A DNA stretch of 64,000 nt from Octopus bimaculoides. Lineage: Eukaryota. Of this stretch, positions 1-13,800 are shown in pieces; positions within the stretch are counted from its first letter, which is position 1; the number at the start of each line of letters is the position of its first letter. The notes beneath the pieces are model-generated. The model was not told the DNA's origin and did not search any database. It was given only the letters and a program-made list of their open reading frames with translations. The stretch spans positions 45,292,883-45,356,882 of the forward strand of contig NC_068990.1 in assembly GCF_001194135.2 (NCBI RefSeq), read 5' to 3'. The position numbers and the translations under genes were made by a program.

Positions 1-1428
1 AACAAAATCTAATCTTTTCCTACAGTATATAAAACTAAGAATCATCATAAATATTACGAGTTATAATTAATTACTGTTCTTAAAAGACTATAATAATTTC
101 TTTCCTCCTATGAGCATCTACACCCCAAACTTAATTACTATGGGTTGGAAGGATTTAGAAAATATAGCAGCTGTTTCATAGCTGATAGTTTTTCTTGTGC
201 CAATCTCCATTGTACCATCAAAAATCAAGACAGTAAAATATCCTTGAATATAGCTTGAATGTAGTAAGTGTAGCAGCCCATTGATGTAGCAATTTTCATT
301 TTTAGCAGTCAGTAAATTAAATAAAATGAAGCCATTTATATATTAAGACACAGTTCCTGAAATATCACCCAAACTATTTTTTATCATATGCTCATATTTC
401 AGTATCAAATGTGTTGGTTTTGGTTGTGTTATTACAACTGAGGTTTACTAAAAAACCTTCAGATTAATTTGAAAATACATCAATATATTATAACCAAATT
501 ACTTAAAATTTAGAGCTTCTTAAAACTAAAAGTAGCTTTTTTTCTTTTTCTTTTTTTATTGTGAATATATCTGCTTCATATTGCAGTATGCCATTTCTTT
601 TTTGTTTGGTGCTGAACTTTGAATATCATCCACAGCCCTACAAGGAACAAACATTAAAAGCCAACAACATGAAGTCTTAAAGCAGTCAAACATAAAAAAC
701 AAACAAATCACGTTTACCACATATTTTTGAATGGAAGTCAATGATTCCATGTAACATTGCCATGTATATATATTACAAGAGAAAAAGAAGTCAACTGAAG
801 AAAACTTCTTCAGTAATATGTATCAAAATATAAATACTTTTTCAAAATGGTCTAATATCACACTGATACTAGGATCAAGTCAGAGAAAGCAGGGATTATA
901 ATACAGCAGGAAAGTACTTCATATATCACTAGAAAATAAAGAATGAAGTGTTTGATGTTAAACAGACAAAAAAAAAAAAAGAGGGAACTTTTTCCCCCTT
1001 TAAAGATATATGCAATTTAGAAATAAAAATCATATTTTTGTTTCAAATTTTGTTTATTTTTTTTAAAGTGATTGATATTTTGTTTTTACAAAATATTTAG
1101 ACTATTGCATGGGATCTATTGTGTGAAGTGAATGAAAATATCTGTAGATAGTAAAAGAGATTGAGGCAAAAATGAATGTTCACATTTTGTCAATGGATTT
1201 GAAAATAAGATGGAGCAATCTTTTGACAGATGATTAAGCTGGGTGAAAGTGTGAAGTAATTCATCTTTTACGGAGAAAATATATCAGCACAATGATGACA
1301 GTAACTTCACAAAACCAATAGCTGAGCACCAGAAGCAGATAGTCTTTGTAGCTTACAGCATCTTTCAACCCACTAGTTATTAAGTAGCAAATAAATTGCA
1401 AGTGTAATCTAACTGTTGATGATGGCCT
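1..1428 (-). other. Probable YTHDC1 3' UTR / downstream region
   Basis: Follows the stop codon; AT-rich with no recognisable repeats; AATAAA on the minus strand near 553-558. The true 3' end is unknown. Confidence 0.55.
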
Positions 1429-1515
1429 TTACCGGCGATCTCGGTGGCGATGTCGGTCTCTGGAGCTATTCCCATGTGTAGTTCTACGGAGGAAATCATC
1501 AACATCTCTCTCATA
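1429..1515 (-). CDS. YTHDC1: YTHDC1 last coding exon ([28 protein letters not shown])
   Basis: Conserved VDDFLRRT motif and RD/RH-rich tail; TAA at 1431-1429. Confidence 0.94.
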   Translation of the reverse strand, partial: YERDVDDFLRRTTHGNSSRDRHRHRDRR

Positions 1516-1836
1516 CTGAAATAGAAAAAAACAAAACAAATGGAATTGTGGGATATTGTTTAACTATGTAAGTTAATCATTCATTTTGTCTATATCATTT
1601 GGGAAAAGCCAGTCCTCCATTAATGAGAATTCTTTACAAAATGACAGCAAGTTTTATCATTTGGTCTCTATGTACTGAGTTAAATTACAAATGGTTTATC
1701 AATAAAGATTACAAGTATAAAAGTTAAAATCTCCCTCTCTAGAAAAAAATGCTTTTAAAAGAGTAATTAAATACATTTTCATTGAAAAGAAAGGCATTCC
1801 AATAAATTACAAATTATTATGGAAAGAGTTTGAAGA

Positions 1837-1882
<46 letters not shown>

Positions 1883-1892
1883 NNNNNNNNNN

Positions 1893-1932
<40 letters not shown>

Positions 1933-3376
1933 CATATATAGCCATCTGCATAATAATACATAAAGACATGCAACCAATAGTCATATAATATATATAAAAC
2001 TAAAGCATCTAGTAACTAGTGTCTTCACATTTACATAGTGACCAGTAAAATATAGTTATCAGCTAGATAACATGCAAATCAGAGTGACTGGTATAAAACA
2101 GATAAAATATGTAGCAGCCAGTAGAAGTGCTACATAAAACAGTAAAACATGTGGTTGCCACTAACATAGGACACCAAAAGATGTAGCATTCAGTTGAAGT
2201 AAATGAAGATTAAATATATGAATAAAAAAAGAATAATAAAACCTGATGACTACTTGACTTACTGAACGTTTCTCTGCCCAAACAGCACTCGCTGAACGTT
2301 TATCTGTGCGCCTGGGATTGGAAATCGAAGCTGGGCCATACTCAGGAGGAGTCATGTAATTTCTCGGCCGGTTATCATAATGACCAGTATAGGTGACCAT
2401 TGGATCCATATGATGTCCATATGCAGGAGGCTAAAACAATGAAGATAATTGGAACAGCATTAATAATGTTAGTCTGGGGATTATATAGATTTTTTTCTTT
2501 TTGTAACAAAAATTAAGTCCACGAAATTGTCAAAAGGTGAAAACTATAAATTAAATTGACTTACTGGTGGGCCATAAGGTGACATAGGTGGCGGTGGGGG
2601 TCTTACATGTTGGAACTCTCGCATGTAGTCACTATATGACTAGAAAACAGAAAAAAGAAGAAAAAAAACTATTTTACTGTGGATGACAGAATAATAACCA
2701 GTAATAATTTACTTCATTTAATGATTAATTTTAATATATGGATATTTTAAAGTTTACTTTAAAAAAAATTAAATGCTAGAAATGAAAGTACTAGATACTA
2801 ATTGAAAATAATCTGATGAATTTATCAAAACCTAAATCTGGAAAATGAAATAAGTAGACAGTGACTGTCTGCTTATAAAAATTACTCAGTGAAATTAGCT
2901 AGAGGACACAAAGATAATTTAGTTCAGGAAGTGTTAACTAGCCATGAGTTGAATATATAATATAGTCTTATAAGATACAAGATTAGTTATACAACTGATG
3001 ATAAAATAAATGCATAATTAATGCAATGAAAAATTGTAACTGCTGATGTATCTCTAATATCAATTAGCTATAAATAAATATTCCACTAGAATGAGAAAAC
3101 ACCATCATTATTTTTTTAAGATTAGATTTATATAATTAATTTAAAATTAATTTTAAGTATCAATGTTACTCTACTCTGCAATATATCATAACAGTGGTAG
3201 GCAAACCAATGAAACTTTTGCAATGTTCAGCGGACTATCTAGCCATTGTTTTAATTAAAAATAAGGTAAACCAATAAAAATAATAATCAAGGTTACAGAA
3301 TGAGGGGGTTAGTTACATGTGTGGACACCAAAAGTGTAAATAGCAAATTTGCTTCTACTGGAGGTGAAATGCATAA

Positions 3377-3408
<32 letters not shown>

Positions 3409-5655
3409 CAGTATGTATGTGTAAATGTGTGTGTGTATATATATATATATATGCATGTGCTTATATATTATGGAAATGCTTGAATATTTATAATGGAAAA
3501 TTCTAAACTAAAGTCTATAAGAAATATGACAAATGAAGAGAGAATGAAACTTTCTGTTTCAACTTATGAAGCTATCATGAAATAACTACACAGAAACACT
3601 AAAAGTAAATATTTTATAAGTTTTAGTTTTTTTTTTTTTTAACACTGCACTTTGAGTTACAGGGTGAGCAAGTCACAGAGTGACTGAGCCACACGGTAAT
3701 AAAACGTTTTCTTTTAATTATCAACATACAGAATAACAAAGTTAAAGTAAATAAAAACAAGGCTAAAAGCTAGAGAAAAGAGAAATAGAATCTAAATTTT
3801 AAGTCTAGCTACCAAAAGTATTTGTTGTGATATAAAAGAAAAAAATTGTAGAAAAGAGAACCAAGATGTAAGCAGTGAGAAAACATTTAACAGAAGATGT
3901 TATAAATGGGAACTTGACAAAGTGGCGGCTTATGTAGTTTCTAGCAGAAGAAAGGTAGAAAACAACAAGTCAAGGAGAGTACATTAAAACGATAATGTGT
4001 TAACTAGAAAATATGAAGTCTTTATGCTTTTGTTAAATATTTGATGTTTTTTTTTTAAATCTTTAAAGTAATTAACTGATTTTCTTTTTTCTCTTTTCCA
4101 AAAAATAAATATATAAATAAATAAAATCTTTAAAAATCAATATAAAATATAAGATATCAATGTTAATATAGTTAACTGTTATCACAGTGAAAAGAATGGT
4201 GTACGTACAGATGGACGGACTAATGGCCGTACCCCTGCTGCTGGATAAGTCCATGAGCTCGCCACACTGTTCCACTGCTGGGCGAGCCAAAAACAAAATC
4301 GATAATATTTAGCAATATGCCAGAGATATTGGAGAATGGGCCAGGGGTGGGAATTGTGTACAGCAGAAAAATGAAGAGCAGAAGAAACACTAGACAAAAG
4401 TTTTGGATGAGGAAAAATTTCAAGGCCACAATATTTTTTTTTTTTAATTTTTCACAAAAATTTTTAAGGTTTAAAAAAATTTTTGTTTAAAAAAAAAAAA
4501 ATCAACAAAATGCTGGGAATTTCTATTTCTCTAAGAGCAGTTCCATAAACATTTGTTTAGAGGTAAATAATTGTGATTTAACAGCTTTACCATATAATAA
4601 ATATTACACTGAACATTGTAACATTTCAACATTGAATTTTCTTTATGCAAGTATGTGGTGCATGCACATGCATATACATATCATGTACATGCATGCACAT
4701 ATACAAATTCATTTCAAAGAAACACATTAACACATGCTATTTAATCTTGCTCCCCACACATCTATCTTTCTGTGTAAAAGACAACCTAAACACATTGAAA
4801 CTTAATACGTTGTCAACTATCAAAATAATTAGAGATTTTAATATAACAGCAGGTATATGAACAGTGCAACATGACCGTATAAAAAATTAAAAGTAGATAG
4901 TTTCTATAATTGCATTTTGATTTTTAAAAAAAAATATTTCTCAGGTTTAGAAATATGACAAAGAAAGATATTGCGAAGCTAAGAGACAAAAAGTTCAACT
5001 GAAAATTCACTGATATTACTACTACTGAGTGTTTTCTTGGCCATGTATATTTTATAGGAGGGAATAGCTAATAAAATTAATCACATTATATATGTTCCTA
5101 TATGTACTTTTATTACTGACAGACAATTGTGGGGGATATGAATTCGAAATTATGAAGCAAAAAACATTTAGTCCACTTCTCTATCAGGTGTACTATTTGC
5201 ACAACAATAATAGTTGTAGTTATAAATGTATAAGAAACATTGTTTAGAATTGAAAGGATATAACTGAATTATATATCAGAAACTATCTTACATTTATTTC
5301 TTTATTGCCCACAGTGGGCTAAACATACAGGGGACAAACAAGGACAGACAAATTCTGTCCTTGTTTGTCTGTATAAGTCGATTACACCGACACCAGTGTG
5401 TAACTGGTACTTATTTAATCGACCCTGAAAGGATGAAAGGCTAAGTCGACCTCGGTGGAGTTTGAACTCAGAACGTAAGCATTTCAACAGAAATGTTTTC
5501 TTTAGTTAATATTTTTTTCTAAGCCTATTAGTAAACATTGCTTACAAAAAATATCAGTGAAGAAAGATTTTCAAAACCAAGCCAAGTCTTAATAACTGGG
5601 TAGATTTGAAGATATTCTAAGTAAAAAGAAGCTCTATTTCTTCTAATTCCCCATG

Positions 5656-5705
<50 letters not shown>

Positions 5706-8700
5706 TGGGAAGATCCATTTTGACAAAAACATCATTGAGTTAATGAGCAAGTCTCTATGCAGTTGATTGACCAGTTAAAAATAGCAGCTAATTTCTCTCA
5801 AATACACCAATATCATCATCATTTAGCATGTTTTTCCATGCTAGCATACTCAAAAAAAAAGAAAAAAGACACTGATACATAAGAGATGGTTGTTTGATCA
5901 TAACTACCCCACCGAGGTGAACCTAAGGCTAAGTAACATTCGAGTATGTGTAATAAACTTATTTATATCAACTCAGTTGCCTAGTTTCAATATTTTTAAT
6001 ATATTCTAAGACTAATAAAATTAATTCAGAATTAGGTTTGGTAAAACGGTTACATATGAAAACAGCTTCTCTGCACAAGATTACCTAATGAGTAACAAGG
6101 CAACTATTTCTAAGTATAAAAAAGAAAATGACATTATCTAAGAAGCTAAGAATCTAATAATTAAGATATAGTAAAATAAAGAAATGAAGTGATGAAGGAA
6201 GCCAATCAACAAGCAACAGATTAACATGCTTTTTCCAGACTAGATTCAGCGATTTGGTTTTTTTTTTAAATATATAATGTCATAACTGAACAAAATTCCA
6301 CATAGATAGCTGTTATGGTGCTTCATTGAAAAGAATAAGTTACACAAACATTTCAAATCACAAATAGTTTGTCATTCAACATTATTGTTGTTAATGTTTG
6401 TGTCATTGGAACATGATCTATGTTTACTGAACTGTTCTTCCAATTAGAAAGTTAGAAAAAAAATACAATACGGAATAAGCAATAAAAGGAAATTAGCAAA
6501 TAATACATCTGTTACATTAATAAAATGATAAATTTAGCTATCTCTTCTTTTGTCTTTTTTTTTTTAATTCTGACATTTCAATAAAAATGAGAGTTAATGT
6601 ATACTTACTCCATTTAAGAATGTTTCTCGGCGAACTCCGCCATAACGAGGTGGCCTAGAAAATGCACAAACATACACACATCACGTAACACGACAACAAC
6701 ATTGAAATCTAATATTATACTTTATGAATGTGGTACAATGTAACCAGTTTCATAAAAAAGGTTACAGAGATAAGCATTTCTTTACTGCAGTGATTGAAAT
6801 TAGGTTTAAAATATTTCCAAAGCAAAGTACTTACCTATCAGGCCGCCTTTCCTTGTAATATGCATCTAAATCTGGAAAAAGAAATTATAGATCTCAGTCA
6901 AATGTAATGCTAATTTATTCACATTGTTTTGTAATTAATCATGCTTTATCTTGTAGTTTCAAGATTTTGATGGTATGATTGTTTATTTTTAGAATGACAT
7001 TATAGTGTAGGTGTGAGAGGCTGGATCTGGCCAGTTTGAACACAAAACAAGTAGACTATTTGGGTCAAATATGACCACTTTAAATGCTAAAGGGTTAAAT
7101 CCTAATGCTTTCAGAATTATGATTGTTTCTTCCAGACATATTAACATAAATGTACTCAACTACCATTACACACACACACACACACACACAAACACCAGAC
7201 AGAATACCCACATCTTTGTAGAGAAGACTTTTTAAAATCAAGTGTGATAGTCAACAAGTCAAACAATTTAAGTTATGGATTGATTGCATTGTGTATTTAG
7301 ATTTAAAAACCACCAGCCAATCAAACTTTTGTTAAACATAATAGTCAATCAAATCTTACTCAAATTACATCTGTGTTCAAGAGAAGGAGTGTATGTGGTC
7401 ATGACTGGAACATCTTTCCTTCTCAACAAAACCAGTCAGCAGTCCTATGTTCTCAGTTTGGAGGGATCCCTCATTGGCAGTGATGGAATATGCTTAATTG
7501 TTGTTTAGTCTCAGTCCTGACCAAAGACTAAACAACAATTAAGCATATTCCATCACTGCCAATGAGGCATCCCTCCAAACTAATAACACATAGTTGTATC
7601 CTATCCACAAAATACATAATATCATTCATGTCCGTTATAAAATATTTAAAACATAAGGTCAGAAGTTTATTGATTAAACCAAATCCAGTAATTGACTAGT
7701 ACTTTATTGATCCTGAATAAATGAAAGGCCATTAAGCATGGTGGGATTTGAACTCAGAACATATACTGCAAAGCATCTTTTCCAATGCTCTAATGATTTT
7801 GACTGCCCTTTCTTTTAAGCCTTTAGCCTTTAAACAGGTCATATTCAGCCCAAATATTCCACCTGATTTATGTTCAAACTGATTAGGTCTGACCTCTCCC
7901 ACACCTACTCTAAAATGACATTGTAAGAGTATACAATTTACATCATCAAAATCTCAAAGGTACAAGATAATGTATAGTTAAATGAAAAGAATGGGAATAA
8001 ACAAGTATTACATTTGACAGAGTACTATGAGTGTTAAAGGATTAAATTTTAATAATACATTTAAGTGAGAGTGCTTTCCATATCCAGAGGTAGTTGACCA
8101 AATGCTTTGTTGGTACAAATCAGTTAAAATACAACTTTCATCACCCAGAAATGGTGGGTTTTAAAAGAAAACAAATTTTTTAAGGAAACTGAACACTAGA
8201 ATTTAACACATTTTGATAGATATATTGTTTGATAGAACATTTTGTGGTTGAGTTCCTTTCATGATACCAAACAACATGTGATGAAAAAAAAAAAGGGTAT
8301 GTCATTATTATTCAGTCATGTGTAAAGTTTTATTTTGAAATAAAATTCTTTTCCTAATGGCTTACTCAGGAGGCACGGCAATACCAATGATATTTTGTAG
8401 AGTCTCCAAAACTGTTCAGAGAAAAGAGAGGAAGAAACCATCACTCACTGATTAACCTTGAAACTAGGGACCTGGTTCAAATACTTGCAACAGGGTCCAC
8501 TAAGGGTTTGATGATGATCGTGTTAAACTAGGTGACAAATTCAATTTACTAACAAGAGCTGGTACACTTAATCCAATGGGTTTCACAGTTTCCATCTACG
8601 TAATTTTACTTAATGTTGATAAGTAGATGAAGAGCTGCAAAATAGGATCAAACCTGATAATTTGTACAGGTAAGTTTTTGTGTGACTTGAGAAGTATATC

Positions 8701-10784
8701 ATGCCAGTAAAGAAAACCATGTGTAGATGTCAAAACATTACAAAAGTGGGGGATGAGGTAAACAGGGAGTATATAAACATTCAATTTGCATCCCTTAGTA
8801 ATTACACAACTAAGTGTCTGCTTCGAATATATCTTATCTGTAAACTAGCTAAGTAATCTTACACTGATTTGAAACAAGTATGGAAAGACAATGTAACAAT
8901 TCCCCATTCACTAACATGATCTTTCAAAGGAGAAAAATATAAAATTTGATTATAAATTCATTATCCTAACATGCAACAGTAAGTGATGTGAACAACATTT
9001 AGAACAGTTATGGAATGAAAAAAAAATAATAATAATAAAATGAAGCTGTTGGTGTATATTGAATTACTATAATTGTTGTTTAGTCACAACTCAACAAGGT
9101 TCAAGCAAGTCTATGGATCAAAGACATTCCAGCTTTTATCATCATAATTTTATGTATATCTAAGACTATATTCTTATATACACACACACACATATATATA
9201 TATATATAAAAGAAGTAGGATGTGGGTTGAAGATCTGACTTATTTCTAGCAGGTCAAGTGACCACATAAATGTCTTGCTTATTGGTTCATGTTAATATAT
9301 TCAGCTATAAAACATCAATCCCACTACATGCAGACATACTAACGGAGAAATGTATAACAGTGCTGTGCGTTAGGTTGGCACAAAGGAGGGGTAATGCAAG
9401 CAGGCACAAATGTAGCATAAGAGACCAGGGACAGGTGTGCATAAGTTTGGATTATTATTATTATGTATCATCATCTTTTTTCAATGTGAGCGTAGGATGG
9501 ATGGGTTGACATAGGTTGGCAAACCAGAAGACCCTGCCAAGCTCCAATGTTTGCTTTGGTACAGTTTGCCCTTCCTAACACCAACCAGTTTGCAGAGTGG
9601 ACTGAGTGCTTTTTATAAGGTACTGGTACCAGTGAGGTGACTATATAAATTGCAAGAAAAAACCCCACAACTGAGAGGGTGTAGGTATTGAAGGAAGTGA
9701 CTCTATGCGAGGTAATGGGAGATTAAAGTATGATAGAGACACAGGTACAGTTTCAGTCTTGCATTTATAAAAGGTGTAAGGAAAAAGAATGCCTTATTAT
9801 TTATATTTATGCTTTTAAACGAGTAAAATTGTGAATAAGACCAATAATGAACATTTCCAAATTAAGTTATATAAACCCAATTGAATAAAATGTCCTACTC
9901 ATACTTACTATTCCTATTGTCATAGTCCATACGAGATCTCTTTACTCTTGGCGATTCAAACTCCTCTCTGTGTCTTCTACGCCTGCAACATGAAGTAGAG
10001 CATAAAAAAAAAGGGGGAACAATAAAACAATGTTGATAGTAACTGCAGCATGCAACACTTATTTGGCAAATAGACATTTACTAAAAGGAAAAAAAATAAA
10101 ATAAAACAGCCCTCAAAACAAAATATAAAAAGAAGAGCACCAAATATAAACATCATTTCAAGTGGCATCAGAACAGGATTCCAAGGAAGTAGATTGAAAT
10201 AAAATGGTCTCAATTGCTATTTCAGCGAATCTTACTAATTTATATTTTTGGCATTTATAAAAGGTACTAAAAATTGGCTTCAAAATTATACAATATCGGA
10301 AATAAAATACTTATTAGATACATTTTATTTTATTTTGATGGATTAGAAGCTTAAACCAGAATGTTTTTTTTTTAAAACTTGTTATCAATTCTAACTACTT
10401 AAAATGTTTCACAATAATTAAAAAGATTTTTTTAAAAAAAGAGCTTACCACACTAAGGGCTTGTTATATAAAAGCTCTAAAATAAATTTTATACTGGAAT
10501 ACTTAAAATTCTTTAATATAAAATAACACATTTTGTATTTTCAGTGTTCTAAATTATACTAAATCATAAACCAATCATATCCTTTTACTTGTTTCAGTCA
10601 TTTGATTGCAGCCATGCTGGAGCACGCCTTTTTAATTGAACAAATCAAACCCAGGATTTATTCTTTGTAAGCCTAGTACTTATTCTATCGGTCTCTTTTG
10701 CTGAACCGCTAAGTTACAGGGACATAAACACACCAACATTGGTTGCCAAGCGGTGGCGGGGGGACACAAACAGACACAATACAT

Positions 10785-10818
<34 letters not shown>

Positions 10819-13800
10819 GACAGGCTTCTTTCAGTTTCCATCTACCAAAAATCCACTCACAAGGCTTCGGTCAGCCCAAGGTTATAGTAGAAGACGCTTG
10901 CCCAAGAGGCCATGCAGTGGGACTGAACCTGGAAACATGTAGTTGGGAAGTAAGTTTCCTAACACACAGCCACTCCACTTGCATTGACATGAGAAAAATT
11001 GTAGACATTCCAATACTGTTGTTACCATACATGTATATGTTATTTATACAATTATATTTTATTTCTTATTTCTACAAAACAACTTGGCACAAAAGCTAAT
11101 ACTTTCTTTGAGTAACCACTTAGATAATTAAATATCTTAATAATAATAGTGTCTAACAGAGGCACAAGACCGAAACAATGATCACAGGAGTATAGCCAAC
11201 TTATTTGGCTATACTCTCAGATTTATTTGACCCAAGTACTTGAGTGGTACCTATTTTATCACCCAGAAAGGATGCAAAACAAATTCAACATCAGCAGGAT
11301 TTGGACTTAGAACGTAAAAACTCGTTACTAAATACTACAAAGTATTTGATCCAATCCTTTAATAAATTACTTAAGTCCCAAAAGATAGTGCTTAACTTCA
11401 GCTTTTATAGCAGTAAGCAAATGGAAGATAAATCTTACTTTGGAGAGAAAACACAGGAGCTAAATTTTCCAGAAAAGCAGTGAATCTGTTTATCATATTT
11501 TCCAGCATACAAGTGAAATTTTTCAGAACAAGAGGACAGGTCAACTTATATACCAAGGTGACTTTGAAAGACCAAACATACCGTATGAAATTTAACAGGA
11601 TTTGGAAAGATAGTGACAATGTTTGAATTTTTTACACATGTTTACACTATATACTACATCAACTTGTATGCCAGAAAATTTGGTATTCCTAAGTCAGTGG
11701 GCACCGTCTTGCTCACAGACAAACCCGCAATTATATTGAATTTAAAATCCACAAGTCAATAACTGTCTGACATCTTATTCAGTCATTTCACTTGTAATAG
11801 TAGCAGCAGAATCAGGGAACTTAAGCGAATACTTTTGCTCCAGTGTCAATAGCAAGAAGCATGTGAAAAAGAAATCTTTTCTTGGCTAAGAGTCCAATCT
11901 GTCATAGGTAATAAATTTGCTATGCATACCTGACATTTAAGTAATCTTAGGTGTGCAGAACAAAGTATATAAAAAAGAGACAACATGACCCAAGACGAGC
12001 AGTCCAAAATGTTTACATTCTCTGACTTTAACACCATTATTAATATTCTATTAATTTCAACGACAATATTTCATTAAAACATGAAACTATAGGTTTGATG
12101 AAGAAATTTAAGATTATCATAGCTTCTATCAGTTCATCATCATCACCAACTGTGAAGGATAACCAGCCATAAAAACTATGCCATTTAAAGCAACAGAGAT
12201 TGGAATTTTCTTTTTTTTCTTGTGTCAGATGAGAACAGCAATGAGTGGTGAGAAGCTGTTCAAGCCTGTCCAAACCATGTCATCATGGGAAAACAGATGT
12301 AAAACAATGACGATATTGTCATATGGTGCAAAAAATACAAAGAATCAGTTTTTAGATTATGTGATAGCACAAATAAAGAGACTATTACCAAATATGAATA
12401 GCAAAACTATACAGTTATAATAATAATAATAATCCTTTCTACTATTGGCACAAGGCCTGAAATTTTGGGGGATGGGACTAGTTGATTACACTGATCCTAG
12501 TACGTAACTGGTACTTATTCCATCAACCCCTAAAAGGATGAAAGGCAAAGTTGACCTCAGTGGAATTTGAACTCAGAATGTAAAGATGGACAAAATACTG
12601 TTAAATATTTTGCCTGGTGTGCTAACAATTCTGCCAGCTCACCACCTTAATAATAAAAATAATTCTTTCTATTAAAGCCACAAAGCCTGAAATTTTGGGG
12701 GAAGGGACTAGTTGATTACATTGACCCCAGTGCTTCACTGGTACTTAATTTATTGACCCTGAAAGGATGAGGTAGTAAAGTCGACCTCAGCAGAATTTTA
12801 ATTCAATGTAAAACTGGAAGAAATGTCGCTAAGCATTTCTTTTTTTCTTTCTTGGGTGCCTTAATAATAATTTGATATAACTCAATAGCCAGAAGATAGC
12901 AACAAAATAACTAAAGAATCTGATAAAATATAAGATTTGTAACACCTACTGTAGCCAGTAGTCCATTAGGAAGATCAACTCTTGACTTATGATCTTTGCT
13001 CAAATGAATTCCAACACCATCTCCTCTACCTTCATGATTGCTAATTCAATTGACAATATAACTATGGTTTAAAACAATGTGGCACCAAGTTCAATAGATT
13101 AGTTAGAACAGACAGGGGCTTCAACAACACTGGGTGTGGGCCTCCATAAACTAATTCAGCTGTAATTAGGGAATTATTTTGAATTGATAATGTGAAACAA
13201 AGATCCATTGATACTCTGACTTCCAGTTTTAAAAACTATGGGAAATAAACAAGTTTACCCATGACTTTCAATAGGTTGGCCTTTCAGTCAGCACTAATAG
13301 TTTTATGTAGTGTCTGTATCAGATGAAGCAAGTTAGTCTAGAAGATTCTATTAATTCCTAGTCCTGTTTATTGACTATAACAGGAAATAATCAGTACAAA
13401 GAAATAGTAAAATAAAATTGCTTTACTAGCAATTGAACTGAAGTTGTAGCTTAAGCTCATCGAGAGTCTTTGTCAATAGGGTTAGCAAACACTACATCAC
13501 ACTTTAAATAGTTTATTAAAAGCTAAACAAATTTTTGAAAAAGAGAAAGAGAAAGAGTAAAAGTATTTCCACTACAAAATCTGAAGCAATAATATTAAAC
13601 AGGATAAAGAGAGATTCTGTGAAATGTTAATGAGTATAATTGCTATAAAGTGTGAAAAGTTTCCTTGGATTCCAGACTTTACCTTGCAACATGTAAGTTA
13701 AACAGGTTATTTATTTGGAACTAGAGATTTCACGCAAGCAGCTTTAAAATTGACTCCCACTCATCAACAAATTGAAAAGAAAATCATTCTTCATCCCTTA

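Noticed and set aside
556-750. 64-aa minus-strand ORF downstream of the stop codon
   Set aside because: It lies in the probable 3' UTR, with no recognisable motif or splice context.
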